From positions 2,108,001 to 2,172,000 of the forward strand of contig JAYWIR010000028.1 of assembly GCA_036172245.1 (NCBI GenBank): 64,000 nt of DNA, given 5' to 3'. The notes beneath the pieces are model-generated. The model worked only from the letters and a program-made list of their open reading frames with translations, searched no databases and was not told where the DNA came from. This document shows positions 13,513 through 23,830 of this stretch, piece by piece (positions within the stretch are counted from its first letter, which is position 1; each line of letters starts with the position of its first letter). Source of the DNA: Raillietiella orientalis. Lineage: Eukaryota. Both the position numbers and the translations under genes were made by a program.

Positions 13513-14379
13513 ACTAATCGGCCATTGGACTTCTCAAAGAAACTACTAAATGGCAGAACGGATAGCTTTTTATTCATCTGCTGGACCATTTTCTACTTTT
13601 AAGGTGCTCTCAGAATCGCGCGAAATGTGCAAAATCACACACAACTGCTTTCACTCAGCAGACTCTGCGCATGCGCTGAAGTTCTTCACGGAGAAATAAA
13701 ACGTTCCAAGCTGGTCGCATTTTGCTCACATCAAACAGCAACTTTCAATTAGGCAAACAAAACTCCACTGTGATAATTACCCTGCATCCTAATTAGCCAC
13801 TTAGATGGCTGCCTGCTCGGACGCTGGAGAATCATTTGCGCGTACTTAACAAATGACCGTTCCGGCTGGATATTTCGGATGTGTTTCTTCCCTCCTTTCC
13901 TTTCTTCTTTTCCGTCAGTTTTCCAAGCCGGAGGCTTCGGATCTTCCGTCGAAAACTCCTCTGCCGCAGGACTCATTTGCGGTGAGCCACATTCCGCCGC
14001 TTCCCCGTATCTCCCGCTCGTTCCCAGCTTTTTGCCTCCGCAGCGTCTTGCGTCCAGCATCCTCGCTTCCGCTCTCCGAAGGAATGGAAAAAATGCCTCG
14101 AAGAGTAACGAACTAAATATTTATCATTTGCAACCATCGCATTTCTAAGTGCAGGTTATCCATAGCAGAAATGGACGTTTCTAAGGTTTCGACGCTTCGG
14201 CCGGCCAAGTTCATCGCTTGAAAAACTGAAGGACTGAAATGAGGCAAAAGTCGAGGAAAGTTGTGTTTAGGGTTCGAGGAAACGGAGCAATTGGATTTTT
14301 TTTTCCCGTCCATCCATCCATCTTCGTGGTAACCAATTATTAAGTAAACCTGCGGACATTAAACCTCCAGCATGGAGGG

Positions 14380-14683
14380 GTTCCGTGTTGCTCATAGATG
14401 AAGTCATTGTGGTCTTTCAGCAGAAGAAGCAGAACCTATCCAAACACGCCTGCCTACATACCTATAATTGTATCGAATAAATGTGTGGAATGATTGCATG
14501 GAATAGAATTCTGCAAGCTGGGTCGGCAATGGGCTACTAATTCCATGATGAAAGTGAGCTGCAACACACGTTCACTTTTCACACAGCTAAGAATATTCCA
14601 AGTCCCGGATTAGGGATGTTGTCCCGGCAACCGCGACCAGCGGATGGAAACTTGCATCGTCAGAGAGCAGAGAGAGAGAGAGA

Positions 14684-14718
<35 letters not shown>

Positions 14719-15350
14719 AAGAAAGAAATCCCGTGAAGGAATGCTCCCGATTTTCATTGGAGCCGTGTCGAACCCACGGATCCTCAACAGAAGTTCCTCA
14801 ACACTCGAGTGATGGTTCAAGTGTTGAGGGATGCGAGCCATGGGAAACAGATCGAGTGCTCAAATTCATCAATGCTGCGTTTCCTGCTTCCTGTTTGGAT
14901 TCGAGTTCCGGACCCATCGGGGTAGCATTCGGGAATTTTTTTCCCCGCAAGCCTCTGTTTCTGCGAGTTCCCGTGCCCGCGGACTTTTCTTGCGAGGTCA
15001 CTTCGGGTTCCTCAGGGGCGTTCTGTTGGTTTGCCTCGCACCTGCGAGATTCCCTCTTCTGCCACCGAAGGCGCTGATTTCGCCGTGGAAGGCGCGAAAC
15101 ACCATCGCATCCCCCCCCTTGCCCCCCTCGTACACTTGCAATGTTCTCCAGCCATGGCACGCACTTCTTCATGATGTGCAGCGGAGCTGCGCCTCCGGCA
15201 CAAATCCTGCTGGAAAACTCACCCGAAGCGCTGCTGCTCGCAATTCTTCGGGGATGTCCTCGGCGGTGAGCTGCCACGACGAAGCTGATGGGCAGCGCAC
15301 TCTCAAAATGCCGCTTTCTTCTTCCTCTCTCTCCCCCCCCCAACTCAGAC
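14380..15350 (-). mobile_element. Degenerate SWIM + YqaJ-like (lambda exonuclease-type) protein, transposon accessory ORF
   Basis: SWIM HCKCTRG..GGC (~15145-15105), NATPMGPELESK (cf. AT.YG..E), FPWLAS (14846-14829; cf. PFLGASPDG), and H.Y..Q/CFF remnants (~14485-14420). Interrupted by an AG repeat. Confidence 0.45.
14662..14728. repeat. Imperfect (AG)n/(AAAG)n microsatellite
   Basis: Read directly. Confidence 0.95.
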
Positions 15351-15740
15351 AAAAAACAGCTCCAGAATCCGTTATGGACGAATCCGCCATGTGTGCCAAA
15401 ACTCGGGATGCTTATACTGATACGTACTCCTATCAGTGTAAATATTTTCCTTCTGCATCAGAAACACGATTTCGAGTAAACTGCAGCTTTTTTCTTTTAC
15501 TTCGATTTTTTTTAAAAGTTACATACCGGTAATTCCACAAACGCAATTACAGAATGCACATGAACGCGTTGCAGGATTTTCCGAGCTTATTACTTTAAGC
15601 CCGTATTGGTTTCCACGGTTCCATGTACGTATGGATGAGGGATGCTGTGCAGTGCTCCCACCCTTGTCTCCAGGTTGCAAATACGCAGGCAATTTCTGTC
15701 CGACGCCGGTTATTACATGGGAACGACCTGATCCCAAAAG

Positions 15741-16184
15741 CAGTAGGCCGCCATATAACGCGTGTCCCGCGTTATACGAGCCCTATGGGTAAATGCATGG
15801 GAAATACGATGATATCCATGGAAGACAGAGAAGTGCATCATCGTAAGCGTCATAAAGGTCATTTCGATTCGAAATGAAGAAAATTAAAAGTTTTCGTTTA
15901 TTATTGAAAGTCGAAAGCTTTTCGAGTGTGGTCGATATTTAACCACAAGTGCAGGATTTCCTCGGTTTCAGCCCTGTCATTCACACACTGCCCGGCAACT
16001 TGCTTCTTCAGTCATGCGCTTGTGTGTGGTTTTTTTGCTTCGACAACAGCCAAACTGATCACAAACTTACAATTTATCCACAGAGCCGTACGGAGTTGAT
16101 TTACCGCCCTGTACGAGCTCTGTCGCCAATCGCCATTTTTTTTGCCGCATTTTACGAGTCTGCGTTCTACGGTGCGGTGTACTG
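15741..16184. mobile_element. Possible Tigger/pogo-like MITE
   Basis: Left end CAGTAGGCCGCCATATAACGCG; right end reverse-complements to CAGTACACCGCACCGTAGAACGC and is followed by TA; internal CGCGTTATA-like subterminal motifs. Confidence 0.4.
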
Positions 16185-16319
16185 TACTTTTCGTTACTGT
16201 CATGATAGACTTTGCCGGTGAGGCAGATCTACTATTCGTCACTACTACTGCCGTACGTCGATCATTTATTAGCGCGCACTCCACTTCGTTCCTTATGTAA
16301 CTATTTGTTTTTCATACCA

Positions 16320-17000
16320 TGAGGACATTTGTGGGCGCAAACAAGTGTGGGGCACAGACGTCTATTCAGACGAGGCCTACTTCGAAGCCCGGAGCGTCAG
16401 AGGTCGTCGAAATTGCTTCTTGGATTGAAGAAGTTTCTCATTTCCATGGCGACAGCTCACTAATTAAAGGTCCAGGAAATGCGCTTGTTGATGCAGCCAC
16501 AGCAGTTCGAATCAATGTGGCGCCGTAGGAAAGCGGACCTATTCGAGACAGTGGCTCCTGGGCTTACACGAGTGGATTTCATGTGGAACACCGCGCGTGC
16601 ATCTCGTGGATTCGCAGCTCAGACATCAATGGACCAACTTGTGAACAGTGAATTTATTCAGCAAATCTGTCAAAGCGGTTTGCTCCCATGCAAACCCACC
16701 CGTTTTCAGACAGCAATGCCAGTCAGTGCTCATCAATTCAACATCCTTTCTTGGAACTCGGAATCCCCGAATCGCGAATCTGCGTTGCCCTTCAATCCAC
16801 ATTCAGAAGATTTAGATTCGTGCCCACCTTCTTATTTGACGGCAGGTTCGTCCGATTTAGCATGCGGGACGAAAAACAAGTTCTCCTCTTGGGCTCGTCC
16901 TGGTCTCGTTAAGGAACCTCGGAGAAGAACCAACTTGTCTGCCAGCAGCCATCGGTACTCGCGGAAATCGAAATCTTCATTTTGGAGGCAGCTCGCCTGA
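16320..17000 (-). mobile_element. Degenerate Kolobok(P)-like transposase
   Basis: TRPGRAQ (cf. DSPGHSAK), ESKSS...KG (cf. E..S..MEKEG), EIHS (cf. E.FHS), LSYGATLIRTAVAA (16533-16492; cf. FSY..M.ART.LAAL). Confidence 0.45.
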
Positions 17001-17196
17001 TGATTGGGGGACTCGGAGACCGGAGGAATCGGGAATAAAAAGGATGCACTCGCTGCTCAGGATCAAAAGCACGCTCGTGATCAACAGCGTGCTTTTGATT
17101 CTTAGCTTGGACATCACTGGATGGATTTATTCAGCAAAGTTGTCAAAGCGGTTTGCTCCCATGCAAACCCATCCGTTTTCGGACAGTGGTGCCAGT
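16652..17196 (+). repeat. 72-bp direct repeat (16652-16723 and 17125-17196), about 90% identical
   Basis: Direct alignment gives 65/72 matches, with weaker similarity extending ~30-40 bp to the left. Confidence 0.9.
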
Positions 17197-17249
17197 TCGG
17201 TTCCATAGCTCTTCTTTACACGTACCTGAGGTCGTTTCCACTTCCGTGT

Positions 17250-17560
17250 GGGGATAAAGACGCTTTACTCTCCGGAAACAGAACCGGAAAATTGTCTGAT
17301 GCGACCTTGCCTCGCCTGGTCAACCCTGATCGAACAGATCGAAATTTTCCACTTGCATTCTTGGAAAAACAGAATCAGCTCCCAACTTTGCAAGTTTGTT
17401 TCCACGAACACGTTACTTCCTGAACACACCAGGAAGTATTGCCATGGATGCAAGACGCATGACGTTGCGCAAAAAGAAGCCTCAGCTGTGTTAGGCATTC
17501 ATCTGCGGTGTCCTACAGGGTTGTCCGGAGAGCAGCCATTCCATCGATTCCTCCTTCGCG
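17250..17560 (-). mobile_element. Degenerate P2X7 cytoplasmic-domain-like (KolX-type) ORF
   Basis: WLLSGQPCR/TADEC (cf. WC.CG.C..M.T..EC), CVLHP...VC, RIRQF...SGE*SVF (cf. IR..FP...G.Y.GF). Confidence 0.4.
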
Positions 17561-17689
17561 TCTTTGCGAGATGAGATTTCCGGCCTGATCTTCTAGGCGG
17601 TGCCTGCGAAAATAAATCTCTGGTCGGCTGCTTGTGTTTCCGAATTTTTCTCTTTTCTCAGCATTTTGCTTCCGCGCGTGGGTTCTTCG

Positions 17690-18605
17690 CTGTTTTTTCC
17701 CTTCCAGCATTTTTTTTTTTTCGGGTTTTCTTTTTTTTTGGTTCGCTAAGTACCTCAAGAGCCGGTCGCGTGCCTCGCGGCGCACATGGCTCTTTAATAA
17801 GGTTCCGTGCCACCCGCGGAGGTGCGTGTTATTCTTTAAGATAGGGGGCACTCCGGAAGGAAGGGGTCCACCCTATGAATCCAGGACGGCTCGGAGTCCG
17901 TTCCCCTCACGCTTGGGGAGGGGGGATCGCACCTCCCACCCTGGTTGTCTCTGAAGGGGAACCCCGAAGGGAATCTCCTTCCTAATTCTCTCCGGAGGGA
18001 CCCACCCGAAAGGGAGGTAGTCCTCTCCGTTTCATCTTCTCCGAAGGGAACCCGGATAGGATCCGCTGGTAGGAATTTCTTCTCCGGAGGGGACCCTCAA
18101 GGGAACCGCTCCTGTTCACTCCTCTGAAGAGAACCCCGAAGGGACGCTTCCTCAGAAGGGGCGCTGCAGCTTCCCGCAGGGGAATCGCTCTCTCTTGCTT
18201 CCTTGCACTCTTCTGGAGATACAGAGACTCGCAGGGTTCCCCCTGCAATAGAGGGGGGTCCGCTCCTTTAAACAACTGGAAAGGTGCCTGTGAAGCTCCT
18301 GCTCCATCTTGAAACCGGAGAGGTACCCCGGTGAGGGGGGTCCGCTCTCTGTTGCACGACAGAATGGGGAACTCCCCACTCCTTTATTCCTGGAAGGACC
18401 CGAAGGTCGACTCCCATTGTTCCGAACTTCATCGGGGGCCTCCGGTTTAAACCACCACCGGTGCCACGCCCGAATGTCTCGGCCGGCCAGCGCCATTACA
18501 GGAGAAACTCGGAATCCAACGACGCAGTTTCTGCCGGAGTATTCGAACCCGCGACGCATGGTACCACACGCGGAAGTCTTAACCACAAGGCCTCTGAGTA
18601 CCCTT
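17690..18605 (-). mobile_element. tRNA-headed SINE-like element, copy 1
   Basis: A-box-like AGGCCTTGTGGTTAAG and B-box GGTTCGAATAC (18549-18539); core TTCGGG...TAAACCGGAGGCCCC resembles the Nin/Deu SINE domain; internal ~44-bp repeats; 3' hairpin and A-rich tail. Aligns block-wise with 34495-35240. Confidence 0.75.
17948..18150. repeat. About five diverged ~44-bp tandem units, core TCTCYGRAGGGRACCCCGAAGGGA, inside the SINE-like element
   Basis: Units read directly; homologous units at 34715-34905 and 49814-49935. Confidence 0.8.
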
Positions 18606-18829
18606 TCCACGAGGTTGAACCCTTTTCTTTCACCACTCTTACATGTGGTCAGCAAGCAGATTACTGGGACGCACTGCTACTTACAAAGAAAAAGCGAAAG
18701 CCTCACATCTTGAACGAAAAGTGAACCTGAAGCAAGTGGTCAGCGAGCTTTTCGATCGTTGCGAGCGATTTCTGGTGCGCTTTGGAAGCGTGGTGCTCGG
18801 ATCCGTTAAAAGAATGCTCGTGTTTCCTC

Positions 18830-19100
18830 GGACCCACCCGTCGGTCAAGTCCTCTGGATGCGAGGCTCGCCTCAGCAGAACGAAGTGGTGGTCGCTGCAC
18901 ATCGACTCCGAAGAGTTGACCCAAGATACGCCGCCGTGCCGGGCAACCATGTAGCCGATGGCTCGACTGGATCCGCGCATTGCGCTGTCGTTCGGTGGAG
19001 CGCGCGCGCTCGGCCATCATTCGTCCCACTAATCCTTCAGCGGAATGCCCGGCCCATTCCGAGCGTTGGGAGGGGTCACAGGAAATCAAAGTTCGCGCAC
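18830..19100 (-). mobile_element. Degenerate THAP domain
   Basis: SWVNSSESMCSDHHFV...SHPEDLTDGWV (cf. W.P....LCS.HFV.G..S..P...D.VP). Confidence 0.45.
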
Positions 19101-19229
19101 CTCCGCTCATTCTCGATTGTCAGTGAACCGCTCTTTCCTTTGTCCTCACTGACCACGGAAGACAAGCAAGTAAGTAAGGCGTCTCTGAAGAATCGAAGGT
19201 GTCGACATTAGTAATAAGTACCAATGCAA

Positions 19230-20730
19230 AAAGCGCATCCTCTCTAAGGTGGCCTCGGACTCCCTTTCGCGAATCCTCACATGCTCAGTGATCTCACACT
19301 ATTCCAGTTTTCCTCGGTGAAATCTCACATGTGTCCGGTTTCGCCTGGTCTTCTTCCTAAAACTGGAGAGATGTGACATTTGAAATTGCACACCCAGCGG
19401 CAACGCATGATGACCGAACGATACCATCAGAGATTCAGCTCTTTGCTCCGAAAGCGCTCATGGATGCATGCCAATCTATGGCTCAATAGGTGTTTCCAAG
19501 ACAAGCAGGACGTTTCCTTTAGGTGCTCCTCCTGGGAACTCCTGCTCAATAAAGCCGTGCGATCTTTTATGTAGTAGGTAATGGGATGGATGTAAATCTG
19601 GTCGTGCAATGCATTCCAATGGATTCCTGGAATCTGGGATCCGCGTCTTCTTGTTGAGATTTCGCGAAGAACGTATCATGCAAATTCAGGAGCAGATGCC
19701 CACTTGACCTACTTGACTTGCTACATAATTTTCTTACTTTGTGTACAAAATTGCCAAGAAGCCATTCCGAAAGGTGGTACTTGAGAAAACACTGCAATCA
19801 CCTTCGCATGACGAGCTTGGAAGATTCCTCTCCGGCGACACTGCAGGAAAGTTCTCCCGGATTAGGGGCGACACAGAGAGCAGTCGGAACACTGGAAGGA
19901 GAGCCTCCTGTCTCATGTTGGAGACCCGGAGCTTTGTAGATGGAGGGGAATGCAGAATTCAAGTTGGAGACCTGACTTTCCATGCATCCACGAGGAGACA
20001 GTTCGCCGCGGCGGTGCGTAACGCACGAAGAGAACGCGTGTGGTTGGGAGTGGTCAACGAGCAACCAGATCGAGGAAAGACAATGGATTTAACCGTTCAT
20101 CCAGTTACTTCTTAACAACTGGGGATTATCTTCGCTTTGCCGACTTCCGGTTCATCCATGCCGCAAGACTGAACCTGCTTCCAATTCGGGGCGTGTCAAG
20201 AAGGTCATGCCTCATCAGACAGATCATGCCGACGCTGCGCAGATTGGAATGAGACCCTACCTCACATAGTGGATCACTGCACGAGGCATTCCCTCCTACA
20301 CCTAGCTGGGCACGATGCTGATAGTCGAAAGGCTATCAGCAGTGGCGAAGGGTACCTCAGGATGGAAGTCGGACTGTGCTTGGGTCCGATTCCAGCCCAT
20401 GACCGGATCTGATGCTGTAGAAGGCGAATCGGATGTCTACACTCGAAGTTTCCTACCCCTTCGGAAAGAAGGAAGAGGTACTCAGCCTCACAAGATCGAA
20501 AAAGACAGAAACAAAAACAGGAGATCGCCCTGCTGTCCATGAGAAAAGGTCTTCAGGCTCGAGTACGTGCATTTCTTGTAGGTGCGCTAGGATCGTGGGG
20601 ACCCTCGGAACGATGGAGTCATTCGTGAGCTGGGTGTCCCTTAGCAGTATGCGGGCACAATGTGGCACTCGATGGTGGTCTCATGTATCCAGAACAGTAG
20701 GGACATCTACTGGACGCACCGTCTAGGGCA
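19230..20730 (+). mobile_element. Utopia/NeSL-like RLE non-LTR retrotransposon, 3' part (linker, CCHC, restriction-like endonuclease), frameshifted
   Basis: SSYFLTTGDYLRFADFRFIHAARLNLLP (20097-20183), CRRCADWNETLPHIVDHC (20227-20280), HDA, PDL (20403-20411), EVSYPF, FLVGALGSW (20572-20598), SRDIYWTH (~20696-20719). Confidence 0.85.
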
Positions 20731-21179
20731 TCTTCCCGATGACGCCTGCAATCTGCAGCAAGGAGCAATGGCAAGGGAGGAAGAGTTTCTCTTTTTTAAC
20801 GCATGAAGATTTGGGCGATAAGAAAAAGAGATACGGGATTTCCATTTTTAATTTTTTTTCATATCTGTAATGTGCTTCTCGCAATGGAATCTCCATTCCG
20901 ATTCGGCTTCTCAAAAAACGGCCTCCAAGGATCATTTTTTTTCGTAACATACGTATGTACATTTAGTCCGATGTCTGATGCACTGAGGATAATTGCGAAA
21001 ACACTTCAGTTAACGTCATTTCATCGCATCCTAACCCTATAACCTGGCGTAGGTCATTAATGTAAGTTGTCGGTAGCGGCGCGCAATCGAATCCACGATG
21101 ATTTTTCTAAATCCTGTTATTTGTTCAACCCGAGGTGCGAACGAGGCTGAGATCTCGTGATCTCGTGCACCACCCTTCT

Positions 21180-21530
21180 ACTTCGGGAATGCAGCGCTCT
21201 CGCTCATTCGCTTTCTGCAACACGAAGAGCGTCCTCTTCTCGATTCCCGTTTCATCCGGGAATCTACCTGGCATTCCCACAAGATGCCACAAGAGCGAGA
21301 CGGCTTTTTTTCTCTCGTTTGGGAAGATTTCCCAAAGGCCTGCACCGCTCCTCGCCAGCCAGAGGAAAGTTCAAAGAGACGGTCAGCGTCGGGTGTACAG
21401 GAACGGTGGAAAAAGGAAAGCTACGATGTTGGAGCACCGAGGTCGACGTCACAGGTTCACTCTTCGTCCTCTGGAATGCTCCCGATTCTTACGTCCTTCG
21501 GCCGGCTGTTCAACGCGGATGCGGTTTGTG
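21180..21530 (+). mobile_element. Possible THAP domain relic
   Basis: CSA/FCNT...AFPQDATRARR...RLFNADAV across frames. Confidence 0.25.
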
Positions 21531-21999
21531 ACGAACGAGGTCACCCAGGAGATGGGAGGCAGATCGTCAAAACTGAGATCATCTACGTCGATCGCGAGGG
21601 GATTTTTTCCTCCCTTCAAGAAGAACCCGGCATCCAGCTCCATTTCCGCTGGTCATCACCATGACAGTGGGCATTCCTGCTTCTTTGTCAGAGGAATGCC
21701 TGCCGAGAACAAAACCGAACGTTCTAACAGGTCCTTGTCTCACATGACACATCGCACGCTCCGCGACACGTGTGATGCGAGTGATACCTGGTGAGTGGAA
21801 GATCAAGGACGTGTTTTTTTTTTTTCCTCTCTTCCATCCCGACTCTGGAGTGGGAAGAGTCCGTTCTTCTTTCGTGCCGGAGCCGCCCAGGAACCAGAAA
21901 GGAGTGCCCGCCACACTTGCAGTTTCAAGCAGCCTTTCGGTGCGTAACTGTTCCCGCGTGATGCGCAGCCGCTGAGGAATCCGCTGTCGATAAATAATA

Positions 22000-22850
22000 A
22001 TTCCTGTCTTCCAGAAAGAGCACGAAGCGAAGATTTCCATTTTCGCGCGTGGCCAGGCTGCTCGAACTTCTAGGTGTTTCCCTGCTGCGACAACCGCTGC
22101 CTCGATCTCGGTTCGTATCAGCTTTCGGTAAATCTGCATCTAAATAATAACCGCGGCTTGAGAAGCTGTTTGAAGTGTCTGAATTTTTCAAAGTTGGGAA
22201 GGACCTATAATTTAGATCATAACTTTCCAAGTTAATGGGACAAGGAACAGGGATTGTCATGAGGTTTTCCAGAGCGCTGTGTTTGCTCTCTGAGTAATGA
22301 TTCTCCGGGTTATTCAAAACACGAGGTAGGGAAAAGGGCAGCGTTGGCAGGCAGAGGGATCCGCATGCCTCTCGAAGAGATGAACGCAGCCTTCCCATAG
22401 TGATGGACCTTCCCTGTGTCAATTGATGTGCAATGATTAGGGCAGGATTCTTGCGCGTCGGTGCAAGCAGGACTGTTCGAAAAAACTGGAAGCGGATGCT
22501 GCCTGGCGGGCTCTTGGCGAACTCGCACGAAGTCCTCCCTCCCCCCCCCCCCATTTCGTCCGGGGCAATTGCGGGAAAGGCTGCATTTTCTGCTTCTTTC
22601 CATTCGCAAGACGTGAGGATTCCCAATAGGTGCAGTTTGTATCTTGAATTCGGCCTCACGGTCCGTTTCCTCGTGGCGAGTGGACGGCTGGCGCACTCTT
22701 TCCTGGATGAATGCAGACCATCAGAGCCTGAAATGAGTAAATAAAGCCTTTGCATTGCTCTCGTGCCAGGAGCGCCCTTCCAGGATGAAAGAACCGCAGA
22801 CGTCCCTCTGTACCCGCTTCGTCAGATGATTTCATGCGATTCTGACACGA
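22000..22850 (-). mobile_element. Degenerate CryptonV-like tyrosine recombinase, catalytic and C-terminal part
   Basis: FF..GR/PG...QRL (cf. FN.RRPGE), TRKRTVRP (cf. RGKR.R.VP), KNPALI (22452-22435), and tail EIEAAVVAAGKH...PRAKME (cf. E..AV...F.K.I...PGK.E). Overlaps the 276-aa ORF 21925-22755. Confidence 0.45.
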
Positions 22851-23429
22851 TGGATACCCCAACTGAGATAACCCTCGAGTTTGGGAATCATTTGAGCCCC
22901 TATGGGAAGTGGCTATAAATTCTTCCCGAAGCCAAAGCCACTGTTCCGATTCCACACATGTTTCAGGGAGATTTTTTTTTTCTTTCTTTCTTTTCTTCCC
23001 CCTCCCCTCTTCTCCCCCCCCCCCCGCTTTTTCAATCTGGGAGGCGATGAATTCTCTTCCTCAATGTTCGTTTCCCGGATTTTCGAAAGTCGTACCGACT
23101 TCATTCCCGATGAGCGCGGTCTTTATTTCGAACCCCGAGGACAGGCCAGCTGTCACTTGTGCCAATTTAAAACGCTCCCGCATCAACAGAATACCAATCC
23201 GCTATTGGCTGGAAAATCGACCCACTTTTCCCCGTGTTTAGCGCCGCTCGCAGGGATCCCTTCCTGTCCGTTTAATCTGTGGAGAAGCGCTACCGTATTT
23301 CGAGGAACTCCTCCAGGGACGAGTTGTAAACACGATGTTTAGGAGATCAGCTTTTGTAATCTGCTCATATTGAGCAACTTGCTCGATGCGATTCCAATCG
23401 AACTGAAGGTTCAAAAGCACCCGGGAAAG

Positions 23430-23830
23430 ATCAGTCGGGACAGGAGGATCAATCTGACGAAACCGACGTGACTCGCCGAAGGTCCAGAGTCCAGCTCTTT
23501 ATTTCTGGCGGCATTGACGCCACGTCGGGGCAGCACAGCTCGATCTCGATCGCCGATGATCTCGCTCCAGCTGTGTTCCTGGAAGTCCTCCCGGGCGCCC
23601 CACGCGCACTTCGCGGTGGATTCGCGGGTCGTTTCCTTGCCCTCCGTATGCTGCGGGAAATTTAGGGAGAGACGCTGCGGAGAAGAGCAAAACAAATCCT
23701 GCGAGGTAAACCTCCTCACATGATTGATCATTTCGGGGGGAAGCGGGAATTTTCACATAGGAACGTGTGGATTCACCTGGAAGCGGGTGATTTCCGACGG
23801 ACTCACCATACTCCACTCAAGATGGACGTC
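23430..23830 (-). mobile_element. Possible Mutator-like/Kolobok transposase fragment
   Basis: EDFQE..SEIIGDRDRAV (cf. EGF..S...IGDGDSS) followed by ASHV (cf. EC.NHV). Confidence 0.3.

Noticed and set aside
13241..13589. Poly-Lys/poly-Phe ORFs, or a retrocopy ending in A39
   Set aside because: The ORFs are homopolymer artefacts; no TSD or recognisable retroposed body was found.
17948..18150. CRISPR-like repeat-spacer array
   Set aside because: Repeats are degenerate, linkers are short and homologous between the dispersed copies, there are no cas genes, and the context is a eukaryotic SINE-like element.
18535..18605. Functional tRNA gene (also 35190-35240)
   Set aside because: A/B-box-like motifs are present, but the acceptor and anticodon stems do not pair; better explained as a SINE head.
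20975..21018. Minimal hammerhead ribozyme (CTGAGGA...CGAAA...GTTA)
   Set aside because: Stem I is out of register and stem II is not formed.
21560..21790. Chapaev3-like transposase (WRLF-like motif)
   Set aside because: Only one weak motif; not supportable.
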